Of a stretch of 64,000 bases of DNA, positions 10,275 through 21,236 are shown piece after piece (the first letter of the stretch is position 1; each line of letters opens with the position of its first letter). The stretch comes from Tricharina praecox (taxonomy: Eukaryota): NCBI RefSeq assembly GCF_024521635.1, contig NW_026250408.1:1240001-1304000 (forward strand), in the 5' to 3' direction. Under the pieces are notes generated by a model, which saw nothing but the letters and a program-made list of their open reading frames with translations, was not told where the DNA came from and did not search any database. The position numbers and the translations under genes are program-made.

Positions 10275-12111
10275 ATGTCTGCTCCCCTCGGGAAAACAAA
10301 TGGCGGAAACGCTGCCTTCACCAATTTCAACAACAAGTTCGCTCACATCACGGTGAGAATTAGCACTACCCCCCCGTAGCTGGATTTTCTCTGACGTGTT
10401 GCTTCTAGGACCCACATGAGCGTCGTCGGCTGGCCCTGGCCGAGATCGATAAGGCTCCATTTGGCTGGTACCACGTTCGTGCCGTGGTGGTTGGAGGAAT
10501 CGGTTTCTTCACCGATGCCTATGATGTAAATATAACACAAATCTGCCCCTTCCCGATGTCCATGCGGGTGTGGGTGTGTTGGTGTCACGTACTGACGTTG
10601 TCTAGATCTTCGCCGTCAACTTGATCACCTCGATGTTGGGTCTCGTGTACTGGACAGGTGGCCTGATTCCCGGCAACTCGGACACTGCTATCAAGGTTTC
10701 GACTTCGGGAGGTACCGTTATCGGCCAGCTGGGATTTGGATGGCTGGCGGATGTCGTCGGCCGCAAGAAGATGTACGGACTCGAGCTGATCGTCATCATC
10801 GTCGCAACTCTGGCACAATCCCTCACCTCGGAGTCCTACTCGATGAGCATCGTCGGTCTGCTCGTCTTCTGGCGTGTCATCATGGGAATCGGTATCGGTG
10901 GTGACTACCCGCTCTCTTCCATCATCACTTCGGAATTCGCAACTACTAAATGGCGCGGTGCCATGATGGGTGCCGTGTTCGCCATGCAAGGTATCGGTCA
11001 GTTGGGCGCTGCTCTGTGCGCCCTGATCGTCACCGTGGCCTTCAAGGAGAAGCTCATCGGCAAGGCGATCAATGAGTGCGATGACGAGTGCAAGACCGCC
11101 GTCGACAGGATGTGGCGTATAATCATCGGCTTCGGTGCCGTTCCCGCCTGCATCGCACTCTACTACCGTCTGACCATCCCCGAGACCCCGCGATACACCT
11201 TCGACGTCCAGTTCGACATCGAGAAGGGAGCAGCCGATGCCGCCAAATTCACCTCTGGAGAGCACGGCAACGCCGACGTCGACGAGATCACGCGCATCCA
11301 GACCCAAGTCGCCGCGACCAAGGAGCTCGAGATCCCAAAAGCCAGCTGGGCCGATTTCTGGGGCCACTACAGCCAGTGGCGCTACGGCAAGATCCTCCTC
11401 GGCACCGCTGGCTCATGGTTCCTCCTCGACGTAGCCTTCTACGGCCTCGGCCTCAACAACAGCATCATCCTGGACGCCATAGGCTACAGCTCGCACACCG
11501 ACGTCTACGAAAAACTCCACAACAACGCCGTCGGCAACCTGATCCTGATCTGCGCCGGGTCCATCCCCGGCTACTGGGTGACGGTGTTCACCGTCGACAC
11601 CATCGGCCGCAAGCCGATCCAGCTGATGGGGTTCGTGCTGCTGACCATCCTATTCTGCATCATCGGCTTCGCCTTCGACAAGCTCTCTGGCAACGCGCTT
11701 CTCGGCCTCTACGTGCTCTGCCAGTTCTTCTTCAACTTCGGCCCGAACGCGACGACGTTCATAGTTCCTGGCGAATGCTTCCCCACCCGCTACCGCTCGA
11801 CATCCCACGGAATGTCGGCCGCCGCCGGAAAAGTAGGCGCCATCATCGCACAGGTCCTCATCGGCCCCCTCCGCGTCCGCGGAAACCCTACCCCCGATAA
11901 TGAGAGCCCATGGCTCAACCATGTCATGCAGATCTTTGCTGCGTTCATGTTTGCCGGTATCTGGACGAGTCTGCTGATTCCTGAGACGAAGAGGAAGACA
12001 CTGGAAGAGCTCTGTGGGGAACTGTATAATGAGGGTGGCGTGAGGAGTGCTAAGGAGGAGGAGGCGGGGGTGGGGGAGGAGGGGGAGGGGGCGAGGGCGA
12101 GTAAAGAGTAG
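10275..12111 (+). CDS. PHO84: High-affinity phosphate:H+ symporter (MFS), about 566 aa; exons 10275-10352, 10409-10525, 10606-12111
   Basis: Spliced N-terminus GGNAAFTNFNNKFAHITDPHERRRLALAEID...GIGFFTDAYDIF. Also GIGIGGDYPLSS, WFLLDVAFYG and NFGPNATTFIVPGECFPTRYRST. Both introns are GT-AG with CTGAC branch sites. Confidence 0.96.
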
Positions 12112-12978
12112 AGAGTAAAGATGGTTTATACGGGTGATTGGTAATGAGCGAGTGAGCGAGTGGGAAAAGTGCACGCACGCGTGGGCGGGATATGTTTGCG
12201 AGGATTGACGGTTTGTCGTCCGATGGGTTTTTGGTGTTTTTGGCTTTTTTGGCTTTTTATGGCTTTTTCTTTTTTCGTTTATAAGGTTGTAGGTTTTACA
12301 CAACTTGACTTGACTTGGAAATTGGAGCGGGGTGAATTACACTTTTTTTTTGATATGGAAATGGTGATATTTTGGGGTTTTTTTTGTACTCGATGGGTTG
12401 TGGTTGTGGTGATGCTGGCATGATGAAACGGCTGATTATAGTTGTAGTTGTATGGTGAGATAACTATTGCATGCACGACCCGTGTACGGATCGTGCACGA
12501 TCCGGGGAGTACACGGGATCTGGCTACTCTAGATAGTATAGACAGGAAAGATACGGAAACTACGGAAACTGGGTTAAAGTTTCAAGCACATCATATCATA
12601 GGTATCACGTATTCATTACACCATCAGTATCGGGGTGAGCTCGGAAACCTTATGTAGAAGGAAACGAATGTAACGGACGGGTCTATGCGTAGCTAGTCTA
12701 TGATGGCATGATGGCATGGTGGCATGAGGTCTTCATGAGCAGGCACTCGTCCGATATGACAAATCCATGCCGATAGGAAGTACTTGGGTATCGTACAGAT
12801 CAGATCAGAGGTATCATCACGTTTAAACAAAAAAAAGAACAGTGCAACTAGAGTACAGCACAACAACCGTAGATTATCATTCAAGCAGAGCAAAGAGAAA
12901 AGAGCCAAGAGCAAATGCACCCCCCCATTCAAACAATGCGGAACGCCTCACCCCCAACGCCTCACTCGACAAACCCGA

Positions 12979-15900
12979 CTACGCACCTTTCATCCACACA
13001 CCCGCGCGCAGATTCTCCACAGTCTCATCGGAGATCCACAGCCCGCCCTGCCCCTCCTTCCTCGCCGTCACAACCGCAACACCCATGAGCCTGCAGCGAT
13101 TATTCGCGCTCTTGAGAGCATACTCGAGTTCTAGCCTCTCATCGACGCTCTCGCCGCCGCCATGCGCGCCCTCGCGTATGAACAGTGCCTTCTCGGCCCT
13201 ATCCAGCCCGGCGAAGGCGTTCAGCCGTCCGACCCACTCCATGGGCGCCTTGTGGTTCTCGACGTCCTCGAGGGCCTGCAGCGCTGCCTGGAAAACCGTC
13301 GACTGGCTTGCGTGCGCGCTACGGCGGTGCACGAAGATGCTCTGGCTGCGCTCGAAGCCGGCGCGGTGCGCGGCTGAGTTCTCGAAGTCAAGGATTACAG
13401 TCCAGTGCTCTGGGCTGGTGGTCGAGATGTTGGAGATCAGGCTTAGTTCGGGGAGCATGCATGGCGCGATGCGCTGCAGTTCGGCGCCGTCCTTGAGCGT
13501 GATCGTGATCGGGATCTTCGTCGGGTGGAAGGTGTCGACGTCGCGTGGGATGATGCAGCGGTGCTCGACGGCTAACACCCAGAAGTGCCGGAAGGCTTGG
13601 AGGTGGCACTTGTTGTCCAGAGGGGCGGAGGGGAATAGCGGGTAGAAAGCGCACACGAGCGCGGCGATCGCGATGTTGGAGGTTCCAAAGGTGAAGGAGC
13701 CGCTGCCAAGGAATAGCACCCCGATTGCTGTGTGGGCCGCGAGGTGTGAACCGTACGGCACATCGGCTTCGGTGCGGCCGTGCAGCTTGCGGAAACGACG
13801 GAACGTCACAATGTCGCCGGTACCAGCCATAACCGTGGCCACAGAGAGGCCGAGCAGGTCTTGACAGTTGCGAACGGTAGTCCTGGTGAGTTTCTGATCG
13901 TGGTTCTGGGCTACAAATTTCATCAGCAAGAGCGCACCTAGACAGCATATGGGCCAATAAACCTGGTAAAGAACACAACCTGATGAACTGGTCCAAGTAG
14001 TGGATCAGTACATCCCTCACGTTCGTATCCCCACTTCCCGCATACTTGAGTCCAATCGCGAAGCACAGGCCCGCCAAGATATTATAGAACGCAAGGTCCT
14101 CGCTATCCAGATGCCTAATCGATCCCAACTTGAAATTCTTCCTGTGGAAAGGCCTGAGGTTGTTCTCGATCCAGGCAAATGTTCCTTCAATCTTTTTCCA
14201 CATGATCAGGTGCTTTGCCAGCGTGCGGATCAGGAAAAGATCAGGCCGAACGTATTCCAATAGGTGTGGCATTTCAGGAACGTCCAGTTTCGCAGCCACT
14301 GACTCGTCTCCCGTCTTTAGGTAGACCAAAGCTAGGGCAATGATAGCACCGGCACAAGCCTTGTCAATAACGTGAACTAACGATACCTTTTTAGGACCGA
14401 CAGCCACCGCGAGGAGACGTTCGACGAGTTGCATGTCATGAAGACCTCTCAGATCCGTTCCACATCCCAGATTGATCAGTCCGAGAGCGAACCCGGCGGC
14501 GAGACGATATCCTTCGTCCCGGAGATTATCCGTAGGAACACAGGAATCATATATCTCGACGTGTTCGATCTCGCTCAACATAACCTCCGTCATCCGTCGA
14601 TGCTGAGTATTAGCGTACAGCAGTCCAACACCCATTATACCAGCGGTTTGGGTAAGCGGTGTTATGTTCAAGTCCGCACTTCCCGGTGGAAGCAAGCGAG
14701 TGACATGGACCGACAGCAGCCGAGTGATGGTTGCGTCCATAGTACCCAGGAAACTAGCGGAAATTCCCAAGAGCAGACCAATGGAAACCATGGTATGCTT
14801 AGGCGTCAAGTAATTATAGGCGTGCCACTTCGCAATGTTCCTCAAATGACCATTCAATCCCAAGCCAAGCAGAAATCCAGCGTGACGGTTCGTGAGCTCC
14901 GGCGGCTTATTGAAAACTATCCAAGAAGTGTCAATCTCCTTCGCCTCGCGCGAAATACTGACTCCCGACGCCACTCCCGAATGGAAGAAGGCCCAGCAGA
15001 CTTTCTCTTCCGTAAAGAGACCCTTGTCCGCGGAAACCGTCTGGTTCGATGGCTTGACGACGCAACTCAGATTGAAACCGGGTATGGGGAACCTCTCAGT
15101 AAGCAGCGGCACGCGCGCAGAGAAATTGAAAAGACCACGTCCCGCGGGTACAGCTAGAGTACGCATGGCGACACGGGCGGCAACATCTTTGTAATTTTCC
15201 AAAGTGTCTTGCTCACTCCAATGATGCTCTGGGATGCACTTAGCATAAGACGGCCTGTTCGTCTGCAGCAGCTTTGCAGCTTCGTAAATCCGTCGGTCCT
15301 CCTTGAACAGAAGCCTTGCAATGTGCTGTCGATCTTGCTCGGCCATCGGATCATAACTGCCGATGGTTTCAAGGTCTAATGCAGAGTTACATATGGTGTG
15401 GACATCCCTCACGGCTTCATGAGTGGGTATGCTCTGCCATTTCGTTTCTGTTCTCCGTCGCTTTCCGGGTTCGATGAGCATTCTTAGGTCTTTTCGTCCC
15501 ACGAGATCCAGAGCTTCTACACCCCAAGTGGTCGGTGGTTGTTCCTGGCACCGTGCTATGGCTTCTCGCAGGGGAATACCGATTCCTTCAGGCAATCGTT
15601 GAAGACTCGCTAACGTGAACCCCAACGCCACCATCTTCTCGATCACGTCAACGTCCGTAGCTCCCGGAGTCGCAATGGTAGTGTACAACGCCGTGCTCAT
15701 GTGAGTCCTCGGCATGATCTTGGCGAAAACAGGCTTTTGCACAGTCGGGGGTGGCGGGGCAGGAGGTGGCGAGAACGGATTTCGCGATCGCTGTGAGCCC
15801 TGGCTGTTTGAAGGTATTGACCCTGATGGGGCGACGATATCCTGCAAAACCGTGAAAGGAGCAGGAGATTCTCCCTTCAAGCAGGCCATCACCCATTCGT

Positions 15901-18872
15901 AGATATCGGGGGGCCGGAACGGTTCCTGTGGAACTTCAATCATGGTTATCCGGGCTATCAATCAAAGTCAGTCACCATAGGAGAAAGTCGATCGGGGGGA
16001 GTAACTAACACTCATCATAGGCCCATCCCACCATCTCGACATCTTCCAGCATATAGTTGTCCGCCCACGACCATCCCAACCAAGTCGCGATTTGCCTGAG
16101 GACAGGACAAAGCCGTCGACCAGCCCCTTCCATCGCAATATCCAGCTTCCACTCCTCTCTCAACAGATGAAGCGAAACCAAGGCTACAGCCAACCCGGTT
16201 CTACGAACTTCCGGCAGATTATTCGCACCACCAAAAATCTCAGCATCGATATCTCCGCCCTTTGATTTTCTGAACTGCCGGGCTTGGTGAATACAGTCCG
16301 TGATGAACTTATTGGTCAAGCGCCCTTCCGAAGCAGCACCGAAGCCACCTCTCGATTTCGACGACGGCTGTTGCGTCTGCTTCAGAGCCTTAGTATCCTG
16401 TTCTTCGACCATCCAGTGCCACGCCGAGCCTCTCAGGTATTCCGGGGCGCTGCCCCATTCCCCCTCGTGGCAAGCCAGGTCCTCCCAATCGCGTTCAGCA
16501 ACGATCGACGAGCTCCTCGCAAAGCCGCTCTTCCTACGAGGTTGTGGCTTTGGCTCTGGAAGAAGCGGGACGCCGAGGAGAAACAGCGTGACGACGAACG
16601 CTTTCCATTCGTCGGGAGGAAGCAGTCCTTTAACGTCTTGTGAAAGCCCCGCCTCGGGATCGGAGGAAATCTGCAACCATCTCGCGACTGCCATCCAGGC
16701 GGAAAGAATCCCCTCGCCCACCCGCGGACCCAGTGAGCCGCCCAAGAGGATGCGCAGGGTTTCCAAGCAGGACTTTGTAGCGATTCCCCGAGGTGCTAGT
16801 GTGATTGAGATCCTGTGGCTAACTCCATCACCATCGACTACCGTTAATCTTCCATCGAGGTCTGCATATTCAAGTCGTCGGTACGTGTCAGGCGTTGTGC
16901 TCAGCATCCTCGCCCACTCCTTCTTTCGGCTACCGCGTCGGCTTCCGTCTTCTCCCACAACGTTCGGGTTCCATCGGGCTAGTGTCGGAGGGAGAGTGAT
17001 GTCCATGGCGCCACTCCACGGCGAGTACAGGATGAACTTGCCTTCATCCGTGAGAATAAGGACTCGCTGCACGCCGCAATGCTGCACCCTGATCGCGTCG
17101 CGGACATCCTCCCGCTTCTGCATATCTGTCATTACGGCAGTGTAGCCCATCGCGGTAGCTGTAAATCTAGTACTTGACCTCCGAGCATATCCTTTTGGCC
17201 CGGTGGAATGAATCTGGATATTGAAGGTTATTTGTAACAGGCTTCCCTCGTTTTTGTTCATCATGAAGAGAACAACTTTCTTTCCCGGCACCTCCTTTCC
17301 TGTGAAAGTGGCTGCGCCGACAGCTGCCGGATCACGCAAGGTGAAAACCCGTGATGATGGATCGAGACCAGGCTGATTCTTCTCCTCGGGGAGCTTCGAA
17401 GGGAAGCTCTCCAGCTTGTGCATAACAACTTCTTGCTTGAGGCCCTCGCCATCGTAATTCCCCAAGTCGTCCATACCGATTCCCAACGAGCCCATGTTGA
17501 GCTCATTGAGGAGTTCATCCACGGGCTGGTCGTCCAGGATCATGGTATTCTGCGGCACTGGCGGAGCTCCGAAAGAAGTCCCAATAGAGGTCGAAACGTC
17601 CGAGAAGCGGTGGCCCGGGTCTTGGTTCACCGACAAGTCTGCGCGAGCCATCATTGACGAAACACGCCGGGACGCGCGTCTTCCACCAACAGTCTCGAAA
17701 TCTTCACCCAGTACGTTCAGAGATGACACTTCACTCGTGGCTAGAGATTCCCGCCCAGATTTCCCCGTGCCACCTAACGTCGTGCTTGACGCACTTGCGA
17801 CGGGTGTTGTAGCACCGGTTCCGGGCCCGAAAGAAGACCGCCGGCGTGCAGTCATGGTTCCTGATGTCGATGGCGTCCGCCGCTGCGGATGTACCGGCTT
17901 GTCCTGCGGAACATAGCGCACTTGCCAGACGGTGATCGCACTTCGCTCGTGGTTATATGTCACCGCAAATATGACCTCGGGGCCGGATAGATTGGTGGAG
18001 GAATCTGCCGTGTCGAATTCTGAAGATGGTGAAATGTAGAGGAGTCCTTCTGAACAGGGCGTGCTCGCTGTGCTCATGACCAGGCCGGGCTCGGACAACG
18101 GATCAGTCAAAGTGAATAGACTAGGCAGGTCCTTGATTGGGGCCGGAGGCCGTTTGGTGAACGAGTTACCAGTCGCAAACGGCATGGGCATTGGGGGTCG
18201 TTCATGCTTTCGCTGTAGTATCAAGCCATGCGGCGCCGGCATAGCATGCTGTATCTCGAAAGGCAGATGGATAATATGCATTGTGCCAGACAGAAAATAC
18301 ACGAAAGCCTGTGTCTTCAGGAACACCACCAGCGCTCTCGCCCGGCCAAGCTGTACCTGTTTGTGCTCTGGGTCTTCAGAAACAGTCTCGGGCCCTCTAG
18401 GTCCACCGTTCGCTTGGTGCGCCTTCGGAAAATTCCCCAGCTGCGTCGCGTACGATCTCGTCTTCGAATTCCACGTGCTGAGTCGCTTCTTCGCCTTGAT
18501 ATCATCACTCCAGTCGGGCTTCCTCTTATTTCCCTCCGACCCGCCGCCGCTCACGTAGCCCTCGCCGTCCGCATCGTCGTCGCCATTGGCGTTGGCACCC
18601 GCACCGACGGCGTCGAGCGGATCATCCGACGGGAACCAAGTGATGACAGCCTGGACGACCAGTTCCTTTTCGACGCCGTACTGGAACACACGGCGGATTA
18701 CACCGCCCTGCGACCAGATGACGGCCCGTTTGGTGACCAGAATTTCCTCGTGCGGCAGCCCAGCGGTCCACGTGTACGAGTCTGGTTCTGGCGGGTCCGC
18801 GAGGATCTTTTCCGTGATGCAATATTGCAGCGCGGTCGGTGTGTGCAGGCCCAGCGAGGAGATGCGCGACAT
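12979..18872 (-). CDS. APC1: Anaphase-promoting complex subunit 1 (BimE/Cut4), about 1928 aa; exons 18872-16010, 15954-13963, 13910-12979
   Basis: Three ORFs join in frame across 55-bp and 52-bp GT-AG introns. PC-repeat motifs WAFFHSGVASG, HAGFLLGLGLNGHL, AGFALGLINLG and YGSHLAAH, plus C-terminal DNKCHLQAFRHFW. Confidence 0.95.
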
Positions 18873-19460
18873 TGTGCGGTGGGCGGGTTGGCTGCTGCCC
18901 CGGGAGAAGGTGAGGATTGTTGGTTGTATCGAGCGGGTAATCGGTTGTGCGGTGACCGGGTAAGACGTATGACGTAGGTGTTGTGTCGAGAGCGAGGTGA
19001 TGGCTAACGAGTGAGGAATTGGTGAGGTCGCGGTGGATTTTGGAGTGATGCTCGGTGGTGGGATGACGCGGTGCCTGCGGCGTGTTTATTCGGAGGCTCT
19101 TCGGTAAGCCGATCACGGCACTTACCGCAACTATAGTACGCCATGTGATTTCGCACTCCCGGCCACTTGTCGTCATACAATGCATTGCCGAAACCAAAGA
19201 TTGGAGTCATGGACATAGAATGAGCCTATCTGAGGACTTACTGCAGCAGCAAGACACCCAATTTCACCAGCTTTCGTATGTGATTTTTTCCTGTCGCCTT
19301 GCAGAGCTACGGTAAACCTAGTAAATGGAGCATTTCACAGACATGTGAGGCAGACGAAGCTCAAGCACGACTTCAATATGGATCAAACGGAAATAATTCA
19401 CAGAACTCCAAGTATTTACTAAATTTTCAATGATATTCCTCCATTGACCCCTCTAGTCGC

Positions 19461-20390
19461 CTACCCACGGTCAAGCATAACGACATACTCCCTTGTACTC
19501 GTCCCGAACTTAATCAGATCCCCCTCTCTACACTCAACAAACCTCCCCCCCTCGACCTCGACATCTCCCAGCAGCGTACCATTCGCGCTCTCCAAATCAC
19601 ACAGATACAACCTAACCTTGGCCATCCTCTCGCCGAACTCATCCGTCTTGACCACATGCCTAAACTGCAGCACAGCATGCTGTTTCGAGCAGGACGGATG
19701 ATCGACCGGCAGATCCGCCACCGCGCGATCACGGCCGATAAGCCAGCAGCTGCGCGTATTGAGCTCGATCGTATCCACGATCGCCGCGTCCTTGAACACG
19801 AACAGCTTGTAGGCGGGCGTGGGCGGCGGCAGCCGCGCGTCCGACGGCTCGTGGTACTTCAGCACCGCGCCGGTCGCGGTGGTGTTGGCGGCGGCGGCGA
19901 GAAGCCCCGTCGATGAGAAGTTCGGCCGCTCTTTGTCGGCGGGAGGCTCGGCAGAGGTGGGGTCGCTGGGGTTTTTGGGCGGTGGGAGCGTGCTGACAGA
20001 GCCGGAAGCGAGGCGCGCGGCCGCGCCGGAGGGTGTCAGAGGCGGTGGGGAGTAGCCGCGCGCGGCCGCGGGGGCGGAGGTGGATTTGGCGCGCGAGCTG
20101 CGGTCTTTTGAGGAGTGACGCCGGCTGCTGGACTTCTCTTTCGCGCGGGAGCTTTCGCGGTCTTGGGAGGTGTGCCGGCGGCGGTCTTTTGAGTGCTCGC
20201 GATGTTCGCGCGGTTTCTGGTCCCTGTCCCGATCCTTATCCCGCTCCCTATCCCTATTCCCCCTCCACCCATCACGCTCCCGTTCCCTCTCCTTGCCCGT
20301 TTCCCTCTCCCTATCTTTGCTCCTGCCCTTCTCCCGCCGTCGATTCCGGTCTCGTGAGCGCTCGCGCCGTGGTGATCGTGATCTTCCCAT
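19461..20390 (-). CDS. SNIP1: FHA-domain RES-complex protein (SNIP1/Pml1/DDL), 309 aa
   Basis: RS/RD/RE-rich N-terminus, then PNFSSTGLLA, LKYHEPSDAR, WLIGRD...HPSCSKQHAVLQFR, DLESANGT and IKFGTSTREYV. Confidence 0.92.
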   Translation of the reverse strand: MGRSRSPRRERSRDRNRRREKGRSKDRERETGKERERERDGWRGNRDRERDKDRDRDQKPREHREHSKDRRRHTSQDRESSRAKEKSSSRRHSSKDRSSRAKSTSAPAAARGYSPPPLTPSGAAARLASGSVSTLPPPKNPSDPTSAEPPADKERPNFSSTGLLAAAANTTATGAVLKYHEPSDARLPPPTPAYKLFVFKDAAIVDTIELNTRSCWLIGRDRAVADLPVDHPSCSKQHAVLQFRHVVKTDEFGERMAKVRLYLCDLESANGTLLGDVEVEGGRFVECREGDLIKFGTSTREYVVMLDRG

Positions 20391-20561
20391 TGTCTGTGAT
20401 GTGCTGCTGGCGAAGTTACGTGAAGGTGACGGCGTGACGTGACGTTACTAGTAGATACATGCTTGTATACAGGGCCTTGGAACCGGTCACTACGCTAGCG
20501 CCGACACGTCGGCGCCATAATCATACAATGTCACTCGCTGTGGATACCTGCCGTACATAAT

Positions 20562-20756
20562 TGTTGGTATTATGCGTCTCATTGCCTACCTATTCCGGCA
20601 TCCCTGCTACTTTCCTCTGTGCTCTGTGCTCTGTCCTTTTGCATCGTCGCATATGCAGTCTTTCGCAGTCTTCGTGGCCTTCGTGGTGTCTTAGCATTGT
20701 CCCTGGCTTCCCACCAGAATACGCCTCTTTAGGCGCCTAGCTCGACTCCGGCGACG
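20562..20756. repeat. Dispersed repeat, copy 2 (partner at 5337-5521)
   Basis: Collinear similarity to 5337-5521 over about 190 bp. Confidence 0.8.
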
Positions 20757-20900
20757 TGGATTTTGGAGGTCGCTGAGGATGCAGCAATTGAAGTCTCCGA
20801 GTGGGAGCTCAGGGAACGGGAAGAAAGGCAGGATATGGCCATAGTCTAGAAAGGCCGTAGGTATGCGACAACAAATCAATGTTCTCTTCACTTTTGACAT

Positions 20901-20957
20901 CACTCACTCACTCACTCCCTCACTCACTCACTCACTCACTCACTCACTCACTCACTC
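20901..20957. repeat. (CACT)n microsatellite
   Basis: Read directly from the sequence. Confidence 0.95.
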
Positions 20958-21236
20958 AATCGTAAAGACCAACATTAGTTTCCCGCAAGCAATCGAGTAC
21001 AACTAACCAGAGAGAGACAACCAAAGCTGCAAGCAATCAAAAATTCAGATAACAATATCAAGTCCAAGTCCAAGTCCGAGTAGAGTGATTTTCCTCCAAA
21101 GCAAAAACCAACGGCCGTAACATCAAACCAAAAACCAAAAACCAAAAACAATCCCAAGCACCATCATATCATATCAAACTCAAAAAAGCAAAGGGTTCAC
21201 TGAAGATAAGCACAAGGTAGGTAGGTTGGTGGTGAA

